IMG/VR virus record: IMGVR_UViG_3300001688_000037
Strand: one strand, 5' to 3'
DNA length: 61,640 nucleotides
Origin: a virus
The notes under the pieces are model-generated. The model had not been told where the DNA came from and searched no databases. It was given only the letters and a program-made list of their open reading frames with translations. This document shows, piece after piece, positions 41,612 through 51,447 of the stretch (positions within the stretch are counted from its first letter, which is position 1; each line of letters begins with the position of its first letter). The translations under genes were made by a program, and so were the position numbers.

Positions 41612-42616
41612 TTATATCGTTGAGTTATATACAATTTCCTTTAGATACTCCAGCTCCTCCAGATCATTAAAATAAAAATCCTGTACTCCGTTAAAGCCCT
41701 GCATCTTAACCTCTTTACCATCTTTTGTAGTTACCTTAAACCATGCTCCGCTCTGTACAATTACTCCCAGTACCAAGCCCATATCCAGAGTATCCTTAAT
41801 ATCATCCACTCCAGAGCTGTAGTTAAGTGTATATGTACCTAGCCTACGATCATTCTTAGTAACCTTATTTTTCTCCATCTTCACGCTTACCAGATTACCA
41901 ATAGGGTTAGCATAGCTACCGCTTACCTCTTTGTATTTCTCATCCAGTAAAGATCCCTTTGTAAACCAAAGGATCTGGCTACACGCATGAGCTATAGCTG
42001 TACCGCATGGGATCTTAAATGGCTTATAAGGGTTTCCTATATTCTCTCTAAGCTGGTTAAGCATAAGGAAAGTACACTCATGCTTTTTACAAAGAGGTAC
42101 CGCCTTATCACAAAAGGCTTTCATAAGAGCACTATTGCCTCCGTAGCTTTTCTCATCCAGATCCTTATCACATACCGCCTTAGGCTGAATAAATGGAGCA
42201 CTATCCAGTACTACCATACCTACCTTACCAGATCGGATATAATCTAAGATCATATCTAAGAGGGTTTCTCCGTACTCACTCTCTGGCTGGATGAGGATTA
42301 CATTATCCCAGTTTACTCCCAGCGTTTCTCCCCACTCTTTATCCATCGTATTCTCTGCATCCAGATACACTACATATCTATCATACTTTCTCTGGTAGTT
42401 CCCTATAATATCCAGAGCTGTAGTAGTTTTTCCGCTCTGTGGCAATCCTACAAGCTCTATCATACGCCCTACAGGTACTCCGCCTCTGGTTAAGTAATTC
42501 ATTTGAGGAGAGCTATAAGGGATAAACTCTATGCTCTTAAGATCGGATGCTTTACGGATTATCTCCGTTTTGTATTTCTTGTTTACCTCTGCTATGAGGT
42601 TATCTATCTCCGCCAT
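41612..42616 (-). CDS. RecA-like recombinase / ATPase
   Basis: 334 aa. Walker A GLPQSGKTT within an N-terminal RecA-like context (YLTRGGVPVGRMIELVG). Walker B-like MVVLDS. Confidence 0.6.
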   Translation of the reverse strand: MAEIDNLIAEVNKKYKTEIIRKASDLKSIEFIPYSSPQMNYLTRGGVPVGRMIELVGLPQSGKTTTALDIIGNYQRKYDRYVVYLDAENTMDKEWGETLGVNWDNVILIQPESEYGETLLDMILDYIRSGKVGMVVLDSAPFIQPKAVCDKDLDEKSYGGNSALMKAFCDKAVPLCKKHECTFLMLNQLRENIGNPYKPFKIPCGTAIAHACSQILWFTKGSLLDEKYKEVSGSYANPIGNLVSVKMEKNKVTKNDRRLGTYTLNYSSGVDDIKDTLDMGLVLGVIVQSGAWFKVTTKDGKEVKMQGFNGVQDFYFNDLEELEYLKEIVYNSTI

Positions 42617-42618
42617 GC

Positions 42619-42801
42619 TTACGCCTCCTCCCAGAAATTGATAAAGCCAATACTAAAATCATGCTTACCTATACACACAAACAGGTAGATCTCTCTGTTA
42701 CCGTTATTGTCCTTAGGAGCTACACAGAAATTTACTCCAATATGCCAGCCCCACGCTCTATCATGCTTTACACCAAATCTATAGGTATATTTATCTCCCA
42801 T
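42619..42801 (-). CDS. Hypothetical protein
   Basis: 60 aa, tightly packed between neighbours. Confidence 0.45.
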   Translation of the reverse strand: MGDKYTYRFGVKHDRAWGWHIGVNFCVAPKDNNGNREIYLFVCIGKHDFSIGFINFWEEA

Positions 42802-42803
42802 GA

Positions 42804-43250
42804 TTACGCCTCCTGCTCCTGTGCTTTCTGGATCTCATCAAAGTAGCGGTTAAAGTATGTCATAAAATACTCCAGCTTTAACTTAGCCTCCTCCAGCTCA
42901 TGCTCTTTTTTAGTAATCGCACTCTGCAAAAGATCAATACATCTCTCCTTAGTGAATGGGAGAAACTTATCATCCATCTTTACTACCTTAGGAGCATCTG
43001 CACTATCCTCTCCCTGCACAATTACCATCTTTTTAATCTCACAGGAGCTATAGCTAGTTTCCAGATACATAATTTCCATAGCTGGCTTATTATTAAACGG
43101 TAAAAGCTGGGTAACTACTCCTGCATAGCATTGATAGCTAGAGTACTCCTTTTTGAGCACCTGTACATTATCTCCTACTCTAATCTCCTGCTTAAGTAAC
43201 AATTTCTCATCAAATTCCAATACCATCCCATTTACTTCGATCTGTTTCAT
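42804..43250 (-). CDS. Hypothetical protein
   Basis: 148-aa ORF in the operon. Confidence 0.5.
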   Translation of the reverse strand: MKQIEVNGMVLEFDEKLLLKQEIRVGDNVQVLKKEYSSYQCYAGVVTQLLPFNNKPAMEIMYLETSYSSCEIKKMVIVQGEDSADAPKVVKMDDKFLPFTKERCIDLLQSAITKKEHELEEAKLKLEYFMTYFNRYFDEIQKAQEQEA

Positions 43251-43252
43251 AA

Positions 43253-43504
43253 TTACATTTCCTCCATCTCTTTAATGATCTCCGCTGTAGTTTTCCACAG
43301 CTCTACCTCTTTATCTGTGATCCCTAAATCATAATCAATATGTACAGGGTTTCTCACTAAGAAAATATCTACTGCTCCATTTTCATTAGGGCTAAACAGT
43401 ACCGCTCCATCATTGCATATAAAAGCGGTTTCTCCGTTTATCTCAATTTCCCTCTTTTGCAACTCCTCCAGAAAGAGGTTAATTTTTTCCTCCACAGTTC
43501 CCAT
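43253..43504 (-). CDS. Hypothetical protein
   Basis: 83 aa. 1-nt overlap with the upstream gene. Confidence 0.5.
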   Translation of the reverse strand: MGTVEEKINLFLEELQKREIEINGETAFICNDGAVLFSPNENGAVDIFLVRNPVHIDYDLGITDKEVELWKTTAEIIKEMEEM

Positions 43505-44016
43505 TATGCAAATCTACCTCCTAGCATTGATTTATACCACGCCTCTTTATCTCTGTAGGAATTACCATACACAGGAATACCATGAGGCTCCTTAGGATCA
43601 TTCTTAAAGTAACTAGCTCCCTCTGGTAATTCTGTGTAGCTATCACTATCTCCAATGCCCCACATGATATGTTTACAGATACCGTAAAGATCATTTCTCT
43701 CTAAAGTTTCCGCTAATTTAGCACACTCATTACAGAGGATAGTAAAAGGTACTGGCTTATGCTTATCTGGATAAAGAGTATCACTCACTCTATCCTCCAG
43801 CCCCTTATCTAAGTACATCTGGTAGATCCTACCGCATCTCTCACACTCATAAATAAAATACCCATGTACAGGATGCTTTAACTCTACCTCCTGTACTTCT
43901 GGATAAATTGAAAATGGATTGCTTTTCAGTAATACTGGTTTTGGTTTCTGTTTTCTGCTTTCTATCTCTCTAAAATGTTTAGCATACCATTTAGCATATT
44001 TTTTACCTTTTGCCAT
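43504..44016 (-). CDS. Hypothetical Cys-rich protein
   Basis: 170 aa. CERCGR...CNEC. Confidence 0.5.
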   Translation of the reverse strand: MAKGKKYAKWYAKHFREIESRKQKPKPVLLKSNPFSIYPEVQEVELKHPVHGYFIYECERCGRIYQMYLDKGLEDRVSDTLYPDKHKPVPFTILCNECAKLAETLERNDLYGICKHIMWGIGDSDSYTELPEGASYFKNDPKEPHGIPVYGNSYRDKEAWYKSMLGGRFA

Positions 44017-44248
44017 GTTTACACTTACCTCCTCTCCGCTGTTTTATCCACAGCTCTAATCTCTTAATCCTGCCTCTTTTTCTTAAGGCTTTCTTTTGCT
44101 CCGCCTGCTCCATATCCTTTACAGCCTTAATCCACTCATCATAAGGAATACTGTAATAACAGCTAAGTAACATCCCAGCAAATCCGATAAGCAAAGCTAC
44201 TACACCTAAAGCACCTATAACTATACCCACAATTATTAACGCCCTCAT
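44003..44248 (-). CDS. Small membrane protein
   Basis: 81 aa. N-terminal TM helices, basic C-terminus. Confidence 0.5.
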   Translation of the reverse strand: MRALIIVGIVIGALGVVALLIGFAGMLLSCYYSIPYDEWIKAVKDMEQAEQKKALRKRGRIKRLELWIKQRRGGKCKHGKR

Positions 44249-44496
44249 CTCCGCCTATGCCTCCTTAATATGTTTCTGCATTGTACATAGAGATCATCAT
44301 CAATATGTTTAAGAGCATGGAGATCTCTGTGGAGCTGGGATTTACTTATACCAAATTCCCTAGCCATTTTACGGATGCTATCCTTAGGATTATCCAGTAG
44401 CCACTCCGCCTCCTGCTTACACCGATCCTCTATCTCCTGCCTCCTAAACTCTGCTATCTCATGTTTAGAGAAATATTCATACATCCAGCTCTCCAT
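44245..44496 (-). CDS. SpoIIID-like HTH protein (putative)
   Basis: 83 aa. SIRKMAREFGISKSQLHRDLHAL. Confidence 0.4.
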   Translation of the reverse strand: MESWMYEYFSKHEIAEFRRQEIEDRCKQEAEWLLDNPKDSIRKMAREFGISKSQLHRDLHALKHIDDDLYVQCRNILRRHRRR

Positions 44497-44500
44497 AGGC

Positions 44501-45052
44501 TTAATCCTCTGTAGGATCCTCTGGATCTCTGGTGTACTTATCCTTACTAAACCTATCCAGATCTACCTCTGCAATACGCTTACTAAGAGCTTTCTTTAAT
44601 CCGCTGTAGATCTTTTCCGCCATCTCCAGCTTTACCTTAAGGCTGTTATAAGCTCTCCTGTAAATTGCCTCTACCAGAGCCTTATCCTCTGTAAGTCTTT
44701 CCGCCTGTGCCTTTTTCTCTGGTACCGTACCACTCACTTTAAGGAGTGCATCATTAAGAGCAAATTTCTTATTATTGCTGGCTAAGTCTACCTGCATACC
44801 CAGCTCCTCTACTCTCTGCCCTGCATAATACATTAGAGCTGGGATCTTTACACAATAGTACTCTATCTGGCTATCTGGTATATCCTCTATGGAGTTTTCT
44901 CCAATACTCTCCATAATCATATCCAGCTCCGATATAGCACTATCCAGATCCTTACTGTACTCCTCTATAAGCTGGTTAGAGAGCTTTACTACTGGAGAGC
45001 TCTCCTCCTGTACCTCTTTTATGAGTTTACTAAGTATCTCGCTCTGTGCCAT
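44501..45052 (-). CDS. Hypothetical helical protein
   Basis: 183-aa ORF. Confidence 0.5.
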   Translation of the reverse strand: MAQSEILSKLIKEVQEESSPVVKLSNQLIEEYSKDLDSAISELDMIMESIGENSIEDIPDSQIEYYCVKIPALMYYAGQRVEELGMQVDLASNNKKFALNDALLKVSGTVPEKKAQAERLTEDKALVEAIYRRAYNSLKVKLEMAEKIYSGLKKALSKRIAEVDLDRFSKDKYTRDPEDPTED

Positions 45053-45245
45053 GTTCTACCTCCTCTCTTACCTGCTCCGATAGCTCTTTTAATCTCTTAA
45101 AATGGCTACCCATGTGTTTACAATAAGGGTTTCTATCAAAATGCCCCTCATACTCCAAATACAAACAGATAGTACAAAGTGTTTCTAAGATCTCATGCTG
45201 TAGTAACAGCTTTAATTTTAAGTATCTACGCAATCTCTTAAACAT
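45030..45245 (-). CDS. Hypothetical protein
   Basis: 71 aa. Overlaps neighbours. Confidence 0.45.
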   Translation of the reverse strand: MFKRLRRYLKLKLLLQHEILETLCTICLYLEYEGHFDRNPYCKHMGSHFKRLKELSEQVREEVEHGTERDT

Positions 45246-45429
45246 CCTGTACCTCCTTACTACAATGCTCTGTACCTGCTAAAGCACAATCCTCACAGCC
45301 TTTGTAATATCCGCACTCATCACAGCTACAATGCTCATAACCGTACTCTGGGTACTCATCCGCCATAGCGTTAGGGCATCCTCCATCTACACAAGTAACT
45401 CCTACATAACTGCTACATCTCTTTTCCAT
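45238..45429 (-). CDS. Small Cys-rich protein
   Basis: 63 aa with 9 Cys. Confidence 0.45.
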   Translation of the reverse strand: MEKRCSSYVGVTCVDGGCPNAMADEYPEYGYEHCSCDECGYYKGCEDCALAGTEHCSKEVQDV

Positions 45430-45886
45430 CGTAGTATCCTCCTAACCAGCTACTCAAATTATAGGAATATCTAACCCTTTTCTTTTGCTGTTCGATCCTT
45501 ACACCGTTTTCTCTGCACCACTCTACAGGGATGCTCTTTCTATCTGTGGAATTGATAAAAGCTACCATATCCATAACCGCTATGTAGTATGTTTCCTCCA
45601 GATCCCTATAATTGATAATAAAGCCTCCATATATGCCCTTATGCTCCACCGCCTTAGCCATTCCCTGTATCTGGTTAGGGCGGATCTTCTCAATAGGGAT
45701 ACTCTTACCCTTATGAGTTTTAAGCTCTAAGAGAAATGTATAAGGGTATCTGTAAAGGCGGTAATCCGCTGGGTTACTTACTCCGTAAAATCCTGCTGTA
45801 TCATCCTTATAACGCTCTACATAGAAATCACTAGGAAAACAGGCTTTTATTTCTTCCTCAAAAATCTTACCTATACCTTTAGCCAT
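45413..45886 (-). CDS. RecU-like Holliday junction resolvase
   Basis: Start set to ATG 45886 (MAKGIGKIFEEE), overlapping the upstream TGA. ADYRLY...FLLELKTHKGKSIPIEKIRPNQIQGM...GGFIINY follows the RecU pattern. Confidence 0.55.
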   Translation of the reverse strand: MAKGIGKIFEEEIKACFPSDFYVERYKDDTAGFYGVSNPADYRLYRYPYTFLLELKTHKGKSIPIEKIRPNQIQGMAKAVEHKGIYGGFIINYRDLEETYYIAVMDMVAFINSTDRKSIPVEWCRENGVRIEQQKKRVRYSYNLSSWLGGYYDGKEM

Positions 45887-46863
45887 CACATACACCCACA
45901 ACTTTCCTGTAAATCATCCGCACTAAGAGCCTCTTCTAAAATCTCTGCATCTGTGGGCTCCTTTTTAGGGCTTTTCTTCTCTGTTTTCTTTGTACCCTTA
46001 GATTTACCTGTACCGCTCTTTTTCGTGCCTCCTGTGCCTTTTCTGGCTTTCTTAGGAGGGTTAGGATGCACCCAGTTACCAGCATCTACTAAGCCACACT
46101 CATTTTTATACTTACAGTAAGTGCATTTATCCTCATTCTTTGCTGGAGGTATACCTGTTTTACAAGCGGTATTTACTGTGTTAATCTTTGCTCTTACCTT
46201 TTCTTTCATCTCATCGGTAATTTTCCAGAGGTAAATCTTTTTCTTACAGAAATTACGATCCTCATAGAGGAAAAGTACATAATCAATACCTAAGCCCATA
46301 CCGTAGCTAGTAGCCTGCCACTTGTGATCCTCCTTAGGCTCATAACGGTTACTAAACTGGTAAGTACTCTCTGTTTTTACCTCCAGTATTACCTCTTTAC
46401 CCATGAAACGGATAACACCATCTGGCTGGAAAAAGATACTAAGCTCATCGTTTTTACATCTGCCCTCTGTATGATCCTCATTCCATCCTACAAACTCTGT
46501 TTTAATACCTTTTTGATTAGCCTCTTTTACTACTTCCTCCAGATCTAAGCACTCTACACCATCCATAATCTCTACGGTATGCTGTATATCTAAGTGCCTA
46601 TCTGTACCGCTCTGGCAAATCTCAATAAGAGGTACATCCGATTGCTCCCCATTTAAGGATCCGCTGTGTACTCTCTGGAAAAAGATCATACGCTCACAGC
46701 CATACATAGAGCTAGGGCGGATATAATCCGATGGGGCTACCTGCCTCTCCGCTAACTCTTTCTTTCTTACTGCCTCCTCATACGCCTTAAGAAAATTATC
46801 CTCAAAGGATACATTACTGGCGTTTTTACCTTGTGCTACTTTAATCAAACTTGCTAAGCCCAT
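45886..46863 (-). CDS. PD-(D/E)XK exonuclease, Cas4-like (Cys cluster), with Lys-rich tail
   Basis: DGVIRFMGKEVILEVKTES catalytic core. N-terminal Cys (YGCERM) plus CTYCKYKNEC. Confidence 0.6.
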   Translation of the reverse strand: MGLASLIKVAQGKNASNVSFEDNFLKAYEEAVRKKELAERQVAPSDYIRPSSMYGCERMIFFQRVHSGSLNGEQSDVPLIEICQSGTDRHLDIQHTVEIMDGVECLDLEEVVKEANQKGIKTEFVGWNEDHTEGRCKNDELSIFFQPDGVIRFMGKEVILEVKTESTYQFSNRYEPKEDHKWQATSYGMGLGIDYVLFLYEDRNFCKKKIYLWKITDEMKEKVRAKINTVNTACKTGIPPAKNEDKCTYCKYKNECGLVDAGNWVHPNPPKKARKGTGGTKKSGTGKSKGTKKTEKKSPKKEPTDAEILEEALSADDLQESCGCM

Positions 46864-46876
46864 TCCTGTACCTCCT

Positions 46877-47035
46877 TTAGCATCCGATCTCTAAGATCCA
46901 CAAACCTACATACAACACATACAAAAATACAAAAATAGAAAGAGCTCCAAGAAAATCTCCTACCAACTCACAGCCCTCTCTATGTGCTCTGTAAAATCTC
47001 TTACAGTATCTTTTAACCTGTCTGTAGTACTTCAT
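46877..47035 (-). CDS. Small membrane protein (52 aa)
   Basis: Not in the ORF track. ATG 47035 follows AGGAGGTAAAACAGG. Reads MKYYRQVKRYCKRFYRAHREGCELVGDFLGALSIFVFLYVLYVGLWILEIGC. Confidence 0.45.
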   Translation of the reverse strand: MKYYRQVKRYCKRFYRAHREGCELVGDFLGALSIFVFLYVLYVGLWILEIGC

Positions 47036-47050
47036 CCTGTTTTACCTCCT

Positions 47051-47096
47051 GTGATATTGATACTTAACCTAATCACTTTTGAGGGAATTTTTTAGA
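47051..47096 (-). promoter_or_regulatory. Bipartite motif copy D (TCTAAA-N16-GATTAGGTTAAGTATCA)
   Basis: tttaga 47091-47096 and taatc 47070-47074, spacer 16 nt. After a terminator, before an RBS. Confidence 0.55.
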
Positions 47097-47105
47097 TAAG
47101 AAAAA

Positions 47106-47130
47106 GAGGAGCCTTTTACAGCCCCTCCTC
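47106..47130 (-). terminator. Hairpin/terminator after the methyltransferase gene
   Basis: GAGGAG(GG)GC-TGTAAAAG-GCTCCTC followed by TTTTTC on the minus strand (imperfect stem). Confidence 0.5.
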
Positions 47131-47132
47131 CG

Positions 47133-47724
47133 TTATACTTCATTTCCCCAGCAATCCCAGCCATCTACCGCCTGCCTTGCAAAGAGTTCTATTTTATGTA
47201 GCCCCCCCCCCTGCTAAGAGTTTTACAATACGATCTCTAGTTTCTGCTGGCTTTTTACTATGCTCCTCAATATGGCTAAGGATAACGCTATGTACTCCTG
47301 CATCTGCTCTCTTAGGCTTTCCTTTAATACCTAAGAGGCACAGCTCCGCATTAGCTCTAGTCCAGTTACCCATACCCCAGAAAAGGCTATCCGCTTTCTT
47401 ATTCTGCTTAACCCATGTAAAAGCACAGGTTTTATAATTAAATCCCCACGCCCTCATAAGATCAAACGCCTCCTCTAACATCGGCATAGTAACCCACATA
47501 AAGAGCACACAATCCTCATCCGCAAGATCCGCTACTGGGAGCTTTTTAATATCCTGTATGCTCATTACATCATACTTACAACCAGCTCCTCTATCTCCTG
47601 CCAGAGCTTTATCTCTATAGCTCCACGGAGGATCTGCATAGATTATCTGGTATTTTTGCTCCGTATTAAAAATATCTACTTTCAAAGTAATACCCTCCTT
47701 TTGTGTTTGATCGATCCTAATCAC
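47133..47724 (-). CDS. MT-A70-family N6-adenine DNA methyltransferase, interrupted by a frameshift at a G10 tract (as read: 47194..47724, 176 aa)
   Basis: DPPW motif (IIYADPPWSY). The as-read frame ends ..KLLAGGGAT*. With one G fewer it reads AGGGLHKIELFARQAVDGWDCWGNEV*, ending at 47133. Confidence 0.75.
47202..47211 (-). other. Homopolymer tract (C10 on plus, G10 on the coding strand) inside the methyltransferase 3' region
   Basis: gta g cccccccccc tgc read directly. The longest G/C homopolymer I saw in the window. Confidence 0.9.
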
Positions 47725-47746
47725 AAAAGGAGGGTATTGTTAGATA

Positions 47747-47950
47747 CTAATTTTGAGGAGGTAACTCCTCTAAGATCTTAAAATGATGCACCTCTCGCTT
47801 ATTACCCTTTTTGATCTGTACTCTCCGTGTGGTACCTACCTCTAAAGGAGTAGTACACTCATCCAGAGTACGCTCTTTCTTATCCTCTACATCATATACT
47901 CTATACCTCACTCTGGAGAGCCTCCTTTCTAGCCTTATCCATAGCCTCAC
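47747..47950 (-). CDS. Hypothetical protein (start uncertain)
   Basis: 67 aa. 50-nt overlap with the upstream gene. No clear RBS at the annotated ATG. Confidence 0.35.
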   Translation of the reverse strand: MRLWIRLERRLSRVRYRVYDVEDKKERTLDECTTPLEVGTTRRVQIKKGNKREVHHFKILEELPPQN

Positions 47951-48590
47951 GCTCCTTATACTCCTCCAGCGTGATCTCTATAAAGGAAGTATCTCCCTCC
48001 TTAAAGTATCTGTTTACCTCTACTCTTTCTCCGTTAGCTCTATTGATATAGAGGATAGCCATTGTATCATAATCTCCATTTTTAGGATCTGTGAGGAGCT
48101 CACTACATACAATCTCATCCGCTCTATTGCTAGGCATATAAGGCATGGTAAGAGGGAATAAATCACTATAAATCTTGCCTACAAAGCCATTATGCCAGCT
48201 TACAGTAGGGTTATCCTCACTAACACAGTAACATCTATTTATATCTTTATAGGTTACTGTGCCATCTTCTGCCACATCCTTAAACAAACTGCTCATTCTC
48301 TTACATTGATAATGTTTACCGTTTGCATCGTCTGTATGTGTATAATTCCATACATCCTCTGTATCCTCAATAGGAGTAAGAGGCTTACCATCTATCAATC
48401 TGTTAAGGATCTGCTTAGTAAAACAAATACTAGCCCCACTATGCCCTTGATTACAAAGTACCTTAAATGCCTCTAAAGCTCCCTCATAACAAGCTACACC
48501 ATAATCCCAATCCTCACTCTCTGGATTATCTCCTCTTTCTCTCTTAGAGGCTATCTCTACCTCTCTTTTAGCCCATTCCTGCATACTCAT
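47901..48590 (-). CDS. Hypothetical protein
   Basis: 229-aa ORF. 4-nt overlap with the upstream gene. Confidence 0.5.
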   Translation of the reverse strand: MSMQEWAKREVEIASKRERGDNPESEDWDYGVACYEGALEAFKVLCNQGHSGASICFTKQILNRLIDGKPLTPIEDTEDVWNYTHTDDANGKHYQCKRMSSLFKDVAEDGTVTYKDINRCYCVSEDNPTVSWHNGFVGKIYSDLFPLTMPYMPSNRADEIVCSELLTDPKNGDYDTMAILYINRANGERVEVNRYFKEGDTSFIEITLEEYKEREAMDKARKEALQSEV

Positions 48591-48820
48591 AGTTTCTTTT
48601 CCTCCTCTGGCTCTAAGAGGCTCATCATGTACGCCTCCTGCTTTCTCTCTTTTCTTTGCTGGATCTTAAACAGGATCCACCTTACTAAGCGGTTATGCCT
48701 GCACCCATCCTCTGGATCCAGCCCTGCTCCACAAGTTTCTACAGGGCATCCATCATCACTCCAGTAAGGAATATAAGCATCATAGTAAGGGCATTTTTCG
48801 CAATCATTCCATTTACACAT
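48587..48820 (-). CDS. Small Cys-rich protein
   Basis: 77 aa. MCKWNDCEKCPYYD... Confidence 0.5.
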   Translation of the reverse strand: MCKWNDCEKCPYYDAYIPYWSDDGCPVETCGAGLDPEDGCRHNRLVRWILFKIQQRKERKQEAYMMSLLEPEEEKKL

Positions 48821-49239
48821 TATTTTTTTTCCTCCGATAAGCCCATAATATAATCCATAGATACTCCCAGATAGCTACAGAGCTTAGCCAGCCTCATAGA
48901 GCTTATATCTCTACCATCCTGTAGAAATTTATAAATAGTACTCTCCTCAATGCCTGTAGCCTCCGATAGCTTATGTATGGGTATATCTTTTTCATAGATA
49001 ACCTCCATCATCCTCTTACCAGAGCTACAGATATTGTATACTCTCCTAAATACGCTCCTACTCTTACTCTTAGGCTTAGTAAGCCCTGCTATATCTCTTA
49101 TGCCATTTCTACGGTATCTATTTCTTACTATGTACTCCTCTAATCCTGCCTCATCTGCTATCTGTTTTAAGGTTTTACCCTCTACAAATATTTCCGCTTT
49201 CCTGCCTTTATCTTTGAAATTTACATAGTAACCACTCAA
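48820..49239 (-). CDS. HTH DNA-binding protein (XRE-like C-terminal domain)
   Basis: 139 aa. HKLSEATGIEESTIYKFLQDGRDISSMRLAKLCSYLGVSMDYIMG. Confidence 0.45.
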   Translation of the reverse strand: MSGYYVNFKDKGRKAEIFVEGKTLKQIADEAGLEEYIVRNRYRRNGIRDIAGLTKPKSKSRSVFRRVYNICSSGKRMMEVIYEKDIPIHKLSEATGIEESTIYKFLQDGRDISSMRLAKLCSYLGVSMDYIMGLSEEKK

Positions 49240-49242
49240 TAC

Positions 49243-51420
49243 TTATTCCTCCGCTAAGAAATCATCTGCAAGGTTTTCTCCATACCAGTAATCATTAACC
49301 TCCGCATCCACGCTCATAGGGAGCTCTATGATAGAGTGTCCTACTCGTTTCATGGTATCTACTAAGAGCTCTGCTCCTGCTTTAACATTCTCTGTAGGTA
49401 CCTCCATAATAAGCTCATCGTGTACGGTAATAATCATGTGGCAATCCAGCTCTTTATAGCGTGGATCCTTGTAGATCGCAATCATGGATAGTTTCATAAT
49501 ATCAGCGGAGCTACCCTGTATTACAGAGTTTAAGCTCTGCCTATGAGCCTCTTGATAGCGGTAATCATCTCTATCTGGGATCTGCATATCTGGGAGCCTA
49601 CGCTTTCTACCACAGATAGTAGTAACATATCCATACTCCTCCGCCATTTTCTCAATTTTGAGGCGGAGCTGTTGGATCTTAGGGAAACTCCGGTAGAAAT
49701 CATCAATAAGCTGTTGAGCCCATTGAGCCGATTTATCAAACTGCTCTCCTATTGCCTGTGCTCCTCTTTCATACATGATACCTAAGAGTACACTTTTCAT
49801 AGTAGTTCTTCTGTGTTTACCCTCTGCATTTACGGTACCATCTGGATAAAACTCTCTACAATCCTCATAAGGGAGTTTATATACCTGTGATCCCATGATG
49901 GCGTATAAGTCCTTATTATTCTTATAGGCATCCTGCATAGCCTCATCCCCAGATACATAAGCTAATACTCGTGGCTCAATCTGGCTAAAATCTCCGCCTA
50001 CCAGCTTATACCCCTCTCTGGCTCTAAAGATCTTACGGATCCTCTTTTCATGGCTAGGGATATTCTGGAGATTGATCTTAGTAACCGTATCACTAGAGGA
50101 AAATCTACCAGTTCTAGCTCCGTACTGGTTAAAGGTAGTGTGTACTGCATTTGTTTTCTCACACTTTACCGCTGGGATCTTATCAATATAGGTACCCAGT
50201 AGCTTATTACATTCCTTGTATCTCTGGTAGTTATCCAGAAACTCAATAAACTTTTCTCCCTTTTTGGTACCAGCTTTCTTAGCCTTGTTTCTGTGTTGCT
50301 GGATGATCTTATCTCCAGTACCTCTAGGCTCTTTTCTGGATACGCTCTTAAGTTTGAAAATATCATAAAACAAACAAGCTACCTGCTGTGGGCTGTTATA
50401 GTTGATCTTGCCAGTACCCTTAGTAAGCCTCATAAGTGTAGGATGCTCCTGTATATACTCTGCAAATTGAGCTACATACTCATCACACTTAGCCTCTACC
50501 TCTACCATTTCTTTATTGAAAATCTCACTAAGCTCCTTAGCGTACTCCTCACGGATCTCCACGCCTCTAAGCTCCATATCCATACAAACATCAATAAGAG
50601 GCATCTCAATTTCTCTAAATACATAATGGAGCTTTCTAAAATCTGCTCTAGGATGATCCTCTCTTAAAAATTGTTTCTGGAATTGATAAAGAGCCCATGT
50701 CTTAAAGCCATCGTTAGCACCGTAAATAGCAAAAATATCAATAGGGATATAGTTACATGGTATATCCTCAAACAGATCTCCAAAATCCTCATCGGATCCC
50801 TCTCCATTGAGGATATACTTGTTATACATAGGCTTTAATCCATGCCCCTCATTTTCATTAAGTACCCAGCCTGCTATATTAGTATCCCACCATACATTAG
50901 CTATCCTCTGCCTCCAGTTAAAGGTAAGCATCTTATCATCAAACTTAATATTATGGTTAATACACTTAAGAGCTCCATTTGCTAAATAAGGGAGCATAAT
51001 CTCCTTTACCTGCTCCTCCGTCATTTGATCGGCTACTCTCACATTTTGGAGATCCGTATGATTAAACGGTACATAAGCACTAGGGAGATCTGGGTTATAC
51101 AAACAGATACCTACTAAAATATCATTGTAAACATCCAGCCCAGTACTCTCCACATCCAGTACATACTCTCCAATACCGTTTACATAGGTTTCCATAAACT
51201 CCTTTAATCTCTCTGGAGTACGGATAATCTCATACTCTCCCTCCGCTTTAAGTCTGCCACTCTTAACCAGCTCACTAATAACCTCCAGAGCCTTTGTGAG
51301 TGTATTCTGGTTACGCTTAAGTGTAATGTTACATACTTTTTTATGGGCTAAGCGTGAGCTAATATCATCCATACTCACGCCCTCACGCTCCATATTGAGA
51401 TTTATTGCATCTCTGCTCAT
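49243..51420 (-). CDS. Family A DNA polymerase (Pol I-like) with 3'-5' exonuclease domain
   Basis: Exo I DVESTGLD. Pol motifs GGDFSQIEPRVLAY, RRTTMKSVLLGIMYERG, TVHDELIMEVP. Confidence 0.85.
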   Translation of the reverse strand: MSRDAINLNMEREGVSMDDISSRLAHKKVCNITLKRNQNTLTKALEVISELVKSGRLKAEGEYEIIRTPERLKEFMETYVNGIGEYVLDVESTGLDVYNDILVGICLYNPDLPSAYVPFNHTDLQNVRVADQMTEEQVKEIMLPYLANGALKCINHNIKFDDKMLTFNWRQRIANVWWDTNIAGWVLNENEGHGLKPMYNKYILNGEGSDEDFGDLFEDIPCNYIPIDIFAIYGANDGFKTWALYQFQKQFLREDHPRADFRKLHYVFREIEMPLIDVCMDMELRGVEIREEYAKELSEIFNKEMVEVEAKCDEYVAQFAEYIQEHPTLMRLTKGTGKINYNSPQQVACLFYDIFKLKSVSRKEPRGTGDKIIQQHRNKAKKAGTKKGEKFIEFLDNYQRYKECNKLLGTYIDKIPAVKCEKTNAVHTTFNQYGARTGRFSSSDTVTKINLQNIPSHEKRIRKIFRAREGYKLVGGDFSQIEPRVLAYVSGDEAMQDAYKNNKDLYAIMGSQVYKLPYEDCREFYPDGTVNAEGKHRRTTMKSVLLGIMYERGAQAIGEQFDKSAQWAQQLIDDFYRSFPKIQQLRLKIEKMAEEYGYVTTICGRKRRLPDMQIPDRDDYRYQEAHRQSLNSVIQGSSADIMKLSMIAIYKDPRYKELDCHMIITVHDELIMEVPTENVKAGAELLVDTMKRVGHSIIELPMSVDAEVNDYWYGENLADDFLAEE

Positions 51421-51447
51421 AGTCCTTTACCTCCTGTTATAAAAATA

